NCBI GenBank assembly: GCA_902826395.1
Contig: CADEER010000007.1
Location: 7,014 to 71,013, forward strand
DNA from: an uncultured bacterium
GTDB taxonomy: Bacteria; Desulfobacterota; Binatia; HRBIN30; CADEER01
DNA: 64,000 nucleotides
Direction: 5' to 3'
Of the stretch, positions 1-8,463 are shown piece after piece; the stretch's first letter is position 1, and each line of letters starts with the position of its first letter. Position numbers and translations under genes: made by a program. Under the pieces are notes generated by a model that saw only the letters and a list, made by a program, of their open reading frames with translations, had not been told where the DNA came from and did not search any database.

Positions 1-59
1 GGCGGCCGCGGATCGCGGCGTGTGGAAAGCGAAAGTCAATCTTCGTGAGGGAGGAGTTT

Positions 60-1271
60 ATGAGAGATCTGCAAGCGCGCGGGCGTGTCGCCCTGGTTGG
101 GGTGGCTGCGTCAGTCCTGTTTACGGCCGCATCGGCTCACGCCGTGGCGACACTGACGGTCTCCGACGCCGAGTTGGCGCCGGGTGCCACGGGTCAGATT
201 ACGGTATCGCTAGATGACGGAGGCGATGCGATCGCCGGCACGTCGAATGAGATTGGCTTTGACGGAGCGCTCACTGTCGGCAATTGCGAGGTGAACGACG
301 CGATCAACAAGGACGCGACCTCTTTCACCGAGGGCAACCCGTTCATCGCGTTGGTCTTGGCCCTCAACAATGTGGACGCGATCCCCACGGGTTCAGTCCT
401 CTACACCTGCGACGTGACGGTTGCGGAAGGAACGCCAGACGGCGAGTACACCGTCGACTGCGACGTCCCTGCGGCCAGCGATCCGGATGGCAATGAGATC
501 GCCGGCGAGTGCGTCGACGGGACCGTCACGGTGCTCGGCCCGCCGGCCGGTACGATCACCATCGGCAGCGCCGAAGGCCTGCCGGGTTCGACGACTTCGG
601 TCGATGTGACCCTGACCGTGGCCGAGGGCCAGACGATCGTCGGCACCGAGAACGTCATCACCTTCGGCACGCCTGGCGGAACCGCCGCCGCCCTGCTGCA
701 GGGTGCTTCGCAAGGCGGCGTCCAGTTGTTCGGTTGCGTAGTGAATGAAGAGATCGACAAGGGTGGCACGGCGTTCGCCTTCCAGCCCGATGGCTGCACC
801 GAGGGGACGGATTGCGCGAGCCTGAAGGCGCTGGTCCTGGCGCTGACCAACGTCACGCCGATTCCGGACGGCTCCGTGATGTACACCTGCGAGGTGGCAA
901 TCAGTGCCGATGCTGAAGAAGGCGCGACCTTCCCGCTGGCTTGTTCGGAGGCTGGGGCGAGCGATGAAGAGGGCGGCGAGCTACGCGTCGACTGTGTCGA
1001 CGGTGTCGTAACAGTCCTGAGCGAACCCACGCCGGCTCCGACGGCGACTCCAGTTCCGACGGACGAGCCGACGGTGGAGCCCACCGAGCCGGTCGCTACG
1101 CCGACGTCTAGCGTGCCCAGCACTCCGACGTCTCCGCCGGCCACCAACACGCCGAGTCGCCAGATCGACGATGACGGTTGCGCCGTCGTCGCTCCGACTC
1201 AGTCGTCGACCGGTTGGGCGTTCCTGCTGCCGCTGGCTGCGCTGCTCTGGCTGCGCCGTCGTCAGAAGTAG
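60..1271 (+). CDS. Secreted protein with two tandem ~170-aa cohesin-like beta-sandwich domains, a Thr/Pro-rich linker and a C-terminal Cys-containing sorting signal (MYXO-CTERM/PEP-CTERM-like: GC...hydrophobic...LRRRQK)
   Basis: ATG at 60 is preceded by RBS GAGGGAGGAG; the track's 45 start is a GTG. Signal peptide MRDLQARGRVALVGVAASVLFTAASAHA. Two internal repeats with a cohesin-like pattern (…TGQITVSLDDGGDAIAGTSNEIGFDGALTV… / …TTSVDVTLTVAEGQTIVGTENVITFGTPGG…). Tail DDDGCAVVAPTQSSTGWAFLLPLAALLWLRRRQK. Confidence 0.6.
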   Translation: MRDLQARGRVALVGVAASVLFTAASAHAVATLTVSDAELAPGATGQITVSLDDGGDAIAGTSNEIGFDGALTVGNCEVNDAINKDATSFTEGNPFIALVLALNNVDAIPTGSVLYTCDVTVAEGTPDGEYTVDCDVPAASDPDGNEIAGECVDGTVTVLGPPAGTITIGSAEGLPGSTTSVDVTLTVAEGQTIVGTENVITFGTPGGTAAALLQGASQGGVQLFGCVVNEEIDKGGTAFAFQPDGCTEGTDCASLKALVLALTNVTPIPDGSVMYTCEVAISADAEEGATFPLACSEAGASDEEGGELRVDCVDGVVTVLSEPTPAPTATPVPTDEPTVEPTEPVATPTSSVPSTPTSPPATNTPSRQIDDDGCAVVAPTQSSTGWAFLLPLAALLWLRRRQK

Positions 1272-1306
1272 GATCGAACGCATAATCGGCTAACGCCGAA
1301 GTAGTC

Positions 1307-1344
1307 GAGGGGGTCGAGCGCAGCTCGACCCCCTCTTCTTTTTT
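1307..1344 (+). terminator. Rho-independent terminator (13-bp perfect stem GAGGGGGTCGAGC / GCTCGACCCCCTC, loop GCA, then T-run TTCTTTTTT)
   Basis: Perfect inverted repeat directly downstream of the stop at 1271, followed by a U-tract. Confidence 0.65.
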
Positions 1345-1388
1345 CGCAGCCTTCACTCTCAGCTTTTGGCGCGACGTCTGGAACCGAC

Positions 1389-2156
1389 ATGCTGATGCAG
1401 GGCAAGAGAGTTCTGATCTGCGGCGTCGCCAACGATCACAGCATCGCCTGGTCCATCGCGCAGCGACTGCACGCCGAGGGCGCGGAGCTGGCGTTCTCGT
1501 ATCCGAACGACTCGATCGAGAAGCGTGTTCGACCGTTGGCGGAGTCGCTCGGATCGTCGCTGGTTCTCCCGTGCGATGTCGGCAGCGACGCCGAGATCGA
1601 CGCGCTGTTCGCCGAGCTGGGCGAGCACTGGGACGGTCTCGACGGGCTCGTGCACTCGATCGCCTTCGCCTCGCGCGACGAGCTCAAAGGGCGATTCATC
1701 GACACGACGCGCGACGGATTTCGTCTGGCCCTCGACGTAAGCGCATACTCGCTGGTGGCACTTACGCGGCGTGCAGAGCCCCTGTTGGCGTCGCGTCGCG
1801 GTGCCGTCCTGACCCTCACCTATTTCGGCGCCGAGAAGGTGCTGCCGAACTACAACGTCATGGGCATCGCCAAAGCCGCGCTCGAGTCCTCCGTGCGATA
1901 CCTGGCGCCCGACCTGGGAGCCGCCGGCGTGCGCGTCAACGCGCTGTCCGCGGGCCCGATGCGCACCCTGTCGTCGGCCGGGATCAGTGGCTTCAAGACC
2001 ATGCTGCATCACCACGCCGAACGCGCCCCCCTGCGTCGCAACACGACCGGCGACGACGTCGCGGGGACCGCTGTCTATTTGCTCTCGGACCTCAGTGGCG
2101 GCGTGACCGGCGAAGTCGTCCACGTCGACGGCGGGTACAATATCTTGGGGATGTGA
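1389..2156 (+). CDS. fabI: Enoyl-[acyl-carrier-protein] reductase (NADH) FabI
   Basis: Near-collinear with FabI family: [21 protein letters not shown]…GAELAFSY… SIAFA… [12 protein letters not shown]… [12 protein letters not shown]… VHVDGGY. Confidence 0.92.
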   Translation: MLMQGKRVLICGVANDHSIAWSIAQRLHAEGAELAFSYPNDSIEKRVRPLAESLGSSLVLPCDVGSDAEIDALFAELGEHWDGLDGLVHSIAFASRDELKGRFIDTTRDGFRLALDVSAYSLVALTRRAEPLLASRRGAVLTLTYFGAEKVLPNYNVMGIAKAALESSVRYLAPDLGAAGVRVNALSAGPMRTLSSAGISGFKTMLHHHAERAPLRRNTTGDDVAGTAVYLLSDLSGGVTGEVVHVDGGYNILGM

Positions 2157-2175
2157 GCGGCGTATCGCCGCTCAC
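2153..2175 (+). terminator. Hairpin overlapping the fabI stop (GTGAGCGGCG-TAT-CGCCGCTCAC); possible terminator/processing site, no U-tract
   Basis: Perfect 10-bp stem seen in sequence. Confidence 0.3.
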
Positions 2176-2176
2176 A

Positions 2177-2319
2177 TCCCCAGGAGTCAGGGGCCAGGAG
2201 TCAGGGACGGTGAGGTTCGCGCTGCGCGGAACCTGGTTCTCGAGATCAATCGCTGGCATCTTCGCGCAGCGAAGATGCCTACCGACCCTGGCCCCCGACC
2301 TCTGACCCCTGATCCCTGA
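2177..2319. repeat. Intergenic G-rich terminal-inverted-repeat element, copy A (MITE/REP-like). TIRs CCCCAGGAGTCAGGGGCCAGGAGTCAGGG … CCCTGGCCCCCGACCTCTGACCCCTGATCCCTGA; internal hairpin GGCATCTTCGC-GCA-GCGAAGATGCC
   Basis: Inverted G-rich/C-rich arms flank a core. The same arm motif and the same hairpin stem recur at 3139-3221, and the arm motif recurs at 5161-5339. Confidence 0.5.
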
Positions 2320-2321
2320 TA

Positions 2322-3131
2322 ATGAGAAGAACCCTCTTCGAGATCTTCGGCTATTCCGTGTCCAGTTTCTGGACGATGGCGTTTCTCGGCTTCGTCGCCG
2401 CTTTCTTCATCTTGCGGCGCGGGCTGGAGAGGCGCGGCTACGATGGCCGACTGGCGTACGACATCACGCTGTGGGCGTACGTCGGCGGCTGGGTCGGAGC
2501 GCGACTGTTCGTGATCCCGACCGGCTGGCAGTACTTCGTCGAGTCGCCGATCCTGTTTCTGCTCTCGGGCAGCGGCTGGGTGTGGTACGGCGGCGTGATC
2601 GGTGGTGCCGTGGCGGTGTGGATGTGGGCGCGCCGCAACGACCTTCCGATTCTCGCGATCGCCGACCTCTGCGCACCCGCGCTGGCCGTCGGCCTGGGCA
2701 TCGGCCGTATCGGCTGCCAACTGGCCGGCGACGGCGATTACGGCATCGCCAGCGACCTTCCGTGGGCGATGGCCTATCCGGATGGTGTCGTGCCGACCCT
2801 CGAGCGGGTGCACCCGACTCCGGTGTACGAGATGATCGCCTGCTTCGCCATCGCGGCCTACCTATGGCGACTCCCGCCGACGAAGAACCCGCTGGGCTAC
2901 CAGATCGGGATGTATCTGGCATTGAGCGGGCTCATCCGCTTTCTCATCGAGTTCGTGCGGCGCAACCCAGACTGGCTGCTGGGCCTGACGACCGCACAGT
3001 GGATGTCGATCGGCAGCGCCGCGTTCGGCGTCTACCTGATTCGCCGCGCGCGAGAACCATGGCCCGACTCGGAGACCTTCGCGATGGTCTCGCCGCCCGA
3101 GAGCGAAACGCCCGCCGAGCCCTTCTTCTAA
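2322..3131 (+). CDS. lgt: Prolipoprotein diacylglyceryl transferase Lgt
   Basis: Lgt signature GYDGRLAYDITLWAYVGGWVGARLF, GWVWYGGVIGG, polytopic membrane protein. Confidence 0.9.
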   Translation: MRRTLFEIFGYSVSSFWTMAFLGFVAAFFILRRGLERRGYDGRLAYDITLWAYVGGWVGARLFVIPTGWQYFVESPILFLLSGSGWVWYGGVIGGAVAVWMWARRNDLPILAIADLCAPALAVGLGIGRIGCQLAGDGDYGIASDLPWAMAYPDGVVPTLERVHPTPVYEMIACFAIAAYLWRLPPTKNPLGYQIGMYLALSGLIRFLIEFVRRNPDWLLGLTTAQWMSIGSAAFGVYLIRRAREPWPDSETFAMVSPPESETPAEPFF

Positions 3132-3138
3132 ACGCGGT

Positions 3139-3221
3139 GCAGGGCGGGGCAGGGATCGCATCTTCGCCATCGGCGAAGATGCTTCATTCTCCGGCCCCTG
3201 ATCCCTGGCCCCCGACGCCTG
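3139..3221. repeat. Intergenic TIR element, copy B (short variant) with hairpin GCATCTTCGCC-ATC-GGCGAAGATGC; sits between convergent lgt and the DUF481 gene and probably acts as a bidirectional terminator
   Basis: Shares the GCATCTTCGC/GCGAAGATGC stem with copy A, plus the C-rich arm CCCCTGATCCCTGGCCCCCGAC. Confidence 0.45.
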
Positions 3222-3224
3222 CTC

Positions 3225-4238
3225 TCAGAACGCATACCCCAGTTTGAAGAAGAACCGGGTGTCGTCCTCTTGTGCGTTGTCTGCCGGCTGATTGTTCCAG
3301 TCCCACTGAACTTCGAGCGAGCCGAACAGGTCCCAGATCAGGTCGTAGCGCAGGCCGGTCGTTGTCTGAACGCTGAAGCGCTTACCCTCCTGCAAGCTCT
3401 GCAGGTAGACGTGGTTGTGGTAGAAGACCAGGTCGGGCGAGAAGATCTCGTGATCGAAGTTCAACGCCCAGCGCGCCGCGGCGTAGTCCTCGTCGTCCGT
3501 CGGCCGCTGCCAGTTCTCGTGGACGTACGCAGGGCCGAGCTGTACCCGCAAATGGCGCGGTGCCTCGCGGAAGATCCAGTAGCCGAGACCGCCGCCGGCC
3601 GTGACCCGGACGTTTAGCCCTAGCAGGTCGTCGTTGTCGTACTGATTGGTGGCGAAGGCGAACCACCGATAGGTCAGTTCCCGCTCGTACTCGGCGAGCA
3701 GGCGCCAGTTCGAAGCTGTGCGCTCGTTGTCAGCCTCTGCCCGATTGAGTTGCCCGCCGAGGCGGAAGGTGTTGCGGCCGAACATCGGTTGGACCGCGCC
3801 GTCGACGTGAAACGTCTGTGTATCGGTGTTGCCGCTGGCGATAGCGATACCGATGTTGGCCGAGCCGCTGTAGCGGAACCAGTCTGTGGGAGGCTCGGCT
3901 TCGATCAGGTTCGACGTCTCGAAAGGGACTTGATTGCCCGATGCGTCGACGATGACGAGGTCGCCGCTTTCCGTCATGCGCAGCCGTCCCTCGATCTCGC
4001 TGCCGTCTTTGAGCCGGAAGACCAGCGGCTTCTCCGATTCGAAGCCGGCGAGATCGGTCAGTTTGAGGACGAGATCGTCTTCTAGATACTCGACGTCTAC
4101 GTGGATCACGGCGCCGTCGTAGTAATTGACGATACCGGTGATGGTGTCGCCGTTCTTGAGCCGCACCTGGTCGGCCAGTGCCGCATGTGTAAAGACGCAC
4201 ACCATGGTGATCGCCGCAGCGACGATGAATCTGACCAT
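3225..4238 (-). CDS. Outer-membrane beta-barrel protein, DUF481 (YdiY-like) family
   Basis: Start moved to MVRFIVAAAITMVCVFTHAALA (signal peptide; RBS GGAGGTG upstream). Alternating amphipathic beta-strand pattern and C-terminal …KLGYAF (terminal Phe typical of OMPs). Confidence 0.7.
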   Translation of the reverse strand: MVRFIVAAAITMVCVFTHAALADQVRLKNGDTITGIVNYYDGAVIHVDVEYLEDDLVLKLTDLAGFESEKPLVFRLKDGSEIEGRLRMTESGDLVIVDASGNQVPFETSNLIEAEPPTDWFRYSGSANIGIAIASGNTDTQTFHVDGAVQPMFGRNTFRLGGQLNRAEADNERTASNWRLLAEYERELTYRWFAFATNQYDNDDLLGLNVRVTAGGGLGYWIFREAPRHLRVQLGPAYVHENWQRPTDDEDYAAARWALNFDHEIFSPDLVFYHNHVYLQSLQEGKRFSVQTTTGLRYDLIWDLFGSLEVQWDWNNQPADNAQEDDTRFFFKLGYAF

Positions 4239-4367
4239 CTCACCTCCCCGTTCGTTCGCGGCCGTCGCGACTGATGCTGTCGCCGGCTGCAGTTCCCAAG
4301 CCGCCGCCATTATTTAGACCGTTCTCTGTTCGTCAAGGGCGCGGCGCAGATAGCGCCGTCGAGCAGG

Positions 4368-5159
4368 TCACGGTCTTCGCGTCGTGCGTCGCACGCTGCT
4401 GCGCATGATCGAGGGGGCCAGCGCTCTGACCACGTAGCCACTGGCGATGGCACGCGGATAGGTGAGCTCGTGTTTGCCTTTGCGCAGCGCATCCATGATC
4501 GCGTCGACGAGGCCGTCGGGTTCGACCATCATTCGCTTCGAGGTGCGCGGCATGCGTTGCAGCGCTTCCTCGTCGAAGAACTCGGTGCGAATCGCGCCGG
4601 GGCAGACTGTGAGGACGTGGATGCCGTGATCCTCGACTTCGAGCGAGAGGGACTCGGCCAACCCGACCATCGCGAACTTGGACGCCGCGTAAGCGCTCTC
4701 GTCGGGAACGGCGATGCGCCCGGCCACCGAAGCGACGAATACGACCCAGCCGCGCCGGCGCTCGACCATCCCCGGCAGCAACGCCTTGGTCCAATACACG
4801 GTGCCGAGATAGTTGATGCGCATCATGTTCTCGATGTCGCCGACATCCCATTCGAGAAACGTCCGGTGATGCCCATAGCCGGCGTTGTTGACGAGAATGT
4901 CGACACCGCCGAGCTGCTGTTCGGCCGACCGCGCCGCCTCGAAGACCTGCTCGCGGTCGCCGACGTCGCACGGCAGGACGAGGGCCTCGCCGCCGCCGGC
5001 GCGGATGCGATTCGCGATCTGCTCGAGGCGATCCCGGCGCCGGGCCGTCAGTGCCAGGCGAGCTCCTCCGGCCGCCAGTCGCATCGCCAGCAGCTCGCCG
5101 ATGCCGCTCGAGGCGCCGGTGACGAGGGCAGTCTTGCCGCGTAGATCGGTGAGCTTCAT
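4368..5159 (-). CDS. Short-chain dehydrogenase/reductase (SDR) family oxidoreductase
   Basis: TGASSGIG Rossmann motif, NNAG, catalytic S…YxxxK (YAASKFAM). Confidence 0.88.
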   Translation of the reverse strand: MKLTDLRGKTALVTGASSGIGELLAMRLAAGGARLALTARRRDRLEQIANRIRAGGGEALVLPCDVGDREQVFEAARSAEQQLGGVDILVNNAGYGHHRTFLEWDVGDIENMMRINYLGTVYWTKALLPGMVERRRGWVVFVASVAGRIAVPDESAYAASKFAMVGLAESLSLEVEDHGIHVLTVCPGAIRTEFFDEEALQRMPRTSKRMMVEPDGLVDAIMDALRKGKHELTYPRAIASGYVVRALAPSIMRSSVRRTTRRP

Positions 5160-5160
5160 T

Positions 5161-5339
5161 CAGGGGTCAGGGGCCGGGGGGCAGGGGCCAGGGGAGCGAA
5201 GGGCCAGTGGCAGGTCGTCTCGCGAACGTCCGTTTACTCACCTCGTTGCGGCGAACCTCGGGGCTCCACTCGCATGGCCGCGCCATCGAAGGCAAGCGGG
5301 TTCGAGCCCTGGTCCCCGACCCCTGGCCCCCGACCCCTG
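5161..5339. repeat. Intergenic TIR element, copy C (~180 bp). Left arm CAGGGGTCAGGGGCCGGGGGGCAGGGGCCAGGGG, right arm CCCTGGTCCCCGACCCCTGGCCCCCGACCCCTG
   Basis: The two arms are reverse complements of each other. The G-tract periodicity also forms a canonical G-quadruplex motif. Confidence 0.5.
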
Positions 5340-5341
5340 TT

Positions 5342-6817
5342 CTAACTCTTTGCCGCCGCCCTCTTGCGTGCGCCTCGGCGGGCACTCGTCTTTCGCACGC
5401 TGCCTTGCCGCTTGCGCGGTTTGGCGCGGCGCTGCAGCTCGTGAAACGCCTCCTCGATGTACTCCGCGAAGTCGTGCAGGTCGGGAATCGACTCCCAATC
5501 GGCATTGAATCCCCAGAAGAGTCCGCCGTTGTAGCTGAACAGGCCGACCACCAGAGCCTGGTGGCGAAATAGAGGCACGACCGGATAGGCGGTCAGCATT
5601 TCGCAGCCGAGCATGTAGAGCGGAATCTGAGGACCGGGCACGTTGGTGACCACCAGGTTGTAGGGCCGGGCGCTCTCGGCCATGCGCACCGCCTGGACCA
5701 GGAGGTTTGGCACCGTGAATTCGGCGATGGCGGTGAGCACCTCGGCGCCGACGGCCTGCCTCGACTCCTTGAGGTCGGCCATCGTCGCTCGAACCGCTCG
5801 CAGCCGCTCGAGCGGATCCTCCAGATGAACGGGAAGATCCGCCACCATCTCGGCGATCCGATTGCCCAGCGCGCCGCGTTCGTCATGCGTGCGCACACTG
5901 ACCGGCACCATGGCGCGCACCGTGAGATCGTCCGGGTCGACGCTGCGCTCGCGGAAGAACCGGCGCAGCGCGCCGGCGACGATGGCCAGCACGACGTCAT
6001 TGAGCGTTCCGCCGAGCTCGTCCTTGATCGCCTTGAGATCGGCGATCCGCATCGCCGTCCAGTCGAAACGGCGCGACGGCCCGACTTCGACGTTGAGCGG
6101 CGTCTCGGACGCCGGCTGCAGCGCCGGCGTGAGCGTCTCCATGATCGCGGCCAGCGACTCCTCGGCGTTGCGCACGGCGCGCTCCGGATGGCGCAGACTG
6201 CTGCCGACGGCGCCGAGCAAGTCGAGCGGCTGGCGGATACGGCGGCGCACCTCGTCGACGATCAGCGTCGCCTCGGTTGGGCGCGGTCGCGGCACCCAGG
6301 GTACCGGCCGGCCCGGTTGCGCGTTCGGGTCCGCGTCCATGATCACTGACATCAGGTCTGCGCCGGAGATACCGTCGATCATGCAGTGATGCGTCTTGGT
6401 GACGAGGGCGAAGCGATCGCCCTCGAGGCCCTCGACGAACCACATCTCCCAGAGCGGTCTCGAACGATCGAGGGGCTGCGACTGGATGCGCCCGACCATT
6501 CGCTTGAGAGTGCGCTCGTCGCCTGGGCGCGGCAGGCCGGAGTGGCGAACGTGATAGTGCAGCCGGAAGCGGTCGTCGTCGATCCAGATCGGCAGGCGCT
6601 CGTAGGGCAGAAACGCCAGCTTCTGCCGGAAGCGCGGAACCAGATGCAGCCGCGCGTGGATGCCGAGCAAGATGCGCTCGATGTCGAGGCCACCATCCTC
6701 CGTCATGAGCGGTTTGGCGTCGAAGATGAACACGCCGCCGACGTGCATGTGACATCGGGAATCTTCGAGACCGATGAAGGATGCGTCGAGCGCGCTCAGT
6801 CTGTCGTAGAAGGCCAT
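5342..6817 (-). CDS. Wax ester synthase / acyl-CoA:diacylglycerol acyltransferase (WS/DGAT) family
   Basis: Active-site HHxxxDG motif (THHCMIDGISG). ~490 aa. N-terminal MAFYDRLSALDASFIGLED typical of WS/DGAT. Confidence 0.85.
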   Translation of the reverse strand: MAFYDRLSALDASFIGLEDSRCHMHVGGVFIFDAKPLMTEDGGLDIERILLGIHARLHLVPRFRQKLAFLPYERLPIWIDDDRFRLHYHVRHSGLPRPGDERTLKRMVGRIQSQPLDRSRPLWEMWFVEGLEGDRFALVTKTHHCMIDGISGADLMSVIMDADPNAQPGRPVPWVPRPRPTEATLIVDEVRRRIRQPLDLLGAVGSSLRHPERAVRNAEESLAAIMETLTPALQPASETPLNVEVGPSRRFDWTAMRIADLKAIKDELGGTLNDVVLAIVAGALRRFFRERSVDPDDLTVRAMVPVSVRTHDERGALGNRIAEMVADLPVHLEDPLERLRAVRATMADLKESRQAVGAEVLTAIAEFTVPNLLVQAVRMAESARPYNLVVTNVPGPQIPLYMLGCEMLTAYPVVPLFRHQALVVGLFSYNGGLFWGFNADWESIPDLHDFAEYIEEAFHELQRRAKPRKRQGSVRKTSARRGARKRAAAKS

Positions 6818-7140
6818 CAGCTTTCCTCTGTGCCCGTCGCGGCGAGCGATTCGGGCAGTCGAATGCGCGGCGTATCGGGATGGGCCCGAAACAGAATCAG
6901 GACGTGACCGATCGCGCCTGCAACGTCGCAGCCGACGCGCTCGCTGATCTGCGCGGCGGCCTCGTCGCGATCGATCGGCGACTCGGCGGCGAGGCGTACC
7001 TTGACGAGCTCGTGGTCCTCGAGGGCGCCGTCGATCTGCCGGGCAACCGGTTCCGTGAGACCCCGCTGGCCGATCTGCACCACCGGTTTCAACTCGTGCG
7101 CCAGGCCGCGCAGGTACTTGCGTTGCTTACTGGTCAACAT
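6817..7140 (-). CDS. YhbY/CRS1-family (CRM domain) RNA-binding protein
   Basis: MLTSKQRKYLRGLAHELKPVVQIGQRGLTEPV… matches the YhbY family. Its stop is adjacent to the WS/DGAT start. Confidence 0.75.
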   Translation of the reverse strand: MLTSKQRKYLRGLAHELKPVVQIGQRGLTEPVARQIDGALEDHELVKVRLAAESPIDRDEAAAQISERVGCDVAGAIGHVLILFRAHPDTPRIRLPESLAATGTEES

Positions 7141-7221
7141 GGGGATGCTGCCGTCATAGTGCGGCAGGTGGCGGCATGGCAACAGGGGATCGGGAATGGG
7201 AAATGCGGAATGCCGGGCATG

Positions 7222-7291
7222 GTGAACCGTGAACCGTGAACTGGGAACCGGCCGCCCCTCCCAGCCTCAGCCTCAGCCGCAGCCTCAGCCT
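7222..7291. repeat. Short tandem repeats: GTGAACC heptamers (x4, 7222-7249) followed by CAGCCT hexamers (x5, 7262-7291). The stop codon of the downstream minus-strand gene lies inside the hexamer array
   Basis: Seen directly: ggtgaaccgtgaaccgtgaactgggaaccgg … cagcctcagcctcagccgcagcctcagcctg. Confidence 0.55.
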
Positions 7292-8307
7292 GCGAGCGGC
7301 GCCGGCCGCTCGCAGGGCATCCGCCGCGCCATGCCGGCGGCGTCGTATACCGCGTCGATGACGCGCATGTTGGCGAGGCTGTCTTCGCCCTCGGTCGGCA
7401 GCGGTGTGCCGTCGCGTACGGCGGCGGCGAAGGCGCGCAACTGTTCCACGTAGGTCCCCGGCCCGCGCACGCGCTCGCGGTGCGAGCCATCCGCGCGGCG
7501 TACGCGCACCGAGTTGTAGAACTGCGGCCCGACGAAGTTGAACACGTCGATGCTGCCGGTCTCGCCGACGATCCTCGCCCCGACGCGCAGAAAGCGCGGC
7601 GACCACATCGAGCAGTGGAAGCGAGCGGTGCGGCCGTCGGCGAAGGCGAGCTCGGCGCTCATGCTGCGATCGATTCCCGAAGGAGCTTCGACTGCGCGCG
7701 CACGCACCACGCTCGGTTCGGCGGCGGCCAGCGTGCGGATGAGGTGGATGACGTAGCAGCCGAGGTCCATGGTGGCGCCGCCCGCGAGGTCGTGGCGATA
7801 GCGGATGTCGCCGCCGCGCACGATCGGCACGACGAACTCGGCCTCGTAATGGCGCACCGGTCCGATCTCGCCGCTGGCGATGATCTCGAGCAGGCGTGCG
7901 ACGAGGCGGTGGTATCGGTAGTGGAACGCTTCCACGAGGCGGCGCTCGTGGCGCCGCGCCGCCTCGATCATCTGCTGTGCTTCGTCGGCATTGGCGGCCA
8001 GCGGCTTTTCGCACAGTACGTCTTTGCCGGCTTCCATGGCGCGGATACTCCACAGGCCGTGCAAGCCGTTCGGTAGCGGGTTGTAGACGACGTCGATCTC
8101 CGGATCGGCGATCAGCTCCTCGTACGAGCCGTGCACGCGAGCGATGCCGTGCTTGCGGGCGAAGGCCTCGGCGCGCGCGCGATCGCGCGCCGCCACGGCG
8201 GCGACCACCACCCCCTGCGTCCGCCGCGCCGGCGCGATCAGCGCCATCGGTGCAATGCGCGCCGCGCCCAGGATGCCGATGCGGAGGGGATGGGACGTCT
8301 CAGGCAT
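7285..8307 (-). CDS. Gfo/Idh/MocA-family NAD(P)-dependent oxidoreductase
   Basis: N-terminal Rossmann LRIGILGAARIA, EKP motif (VLCEKPLA), ~340 aa. Confidence 0.85.
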   Translation of the reverse strand: MPETSHPLRIGILGAARIAPMALIAPARRTQGVVVAAVAARDRARAEAFARKHGIARVHGSYEELIADPEIDVVYNPLPNGLHGLWSIRAMEAGKDVLCEKPLAANADEAQQMIEAARRHERRLVEAFHYRYHRLVARLLEIIASGEIGPVRHYEAEFVVPIVRGGDIRYRHDLAGGATMDLGCYVIHLIRTLAAAEPSVVRARAVEAPSGIDRSMSAELAFADGRTARFHCSMWSPRFLRVGARIVGETGSIDVFNFVGPQFYNSVRVRRADGSHRERVRGPGTYVEQLRAFAAAVRDGTPLPTEGEDSLANMRVIDAVYDAAGMARRMPCERPAPLAG

Positions 8308-8320
8308 TGGCGCGGGACTG

Positions 8321-8463
8321 CCGTGAACCGTGAACCGTTAACCGTGAACCGTGAGGAGTAAACCGTCTGGTGTCGGCGGTACGGCCCAGTTTGGGCCAAC
8401 TTGCTGACCAAGAACTGAGGTCTGGAAGCGCCGGTTCACGGTTCACGGCTCACGGTTCACCGG
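8321..8463. repeat. ~143-bp intergenic element bounded by inverted GTGAACC heptamer arrays (GTGAACCGTGAACCGTTAACCGTGAACCGTGAGG … GGTTCACGGTTCACGGCTCACGGTTCACC). The right array contains the hisC stop codon
   Basis: Arrays are in opposite orientation at the two ends. The hisC C-terminus …PAGEP* is encoded by the repeat. Confidence 0.5.

Noticed and set aside
1359-2123. 254-aa minus-strand ORF opposite fabI
   Set aside because: Antisense to the near-collinear FabI match.
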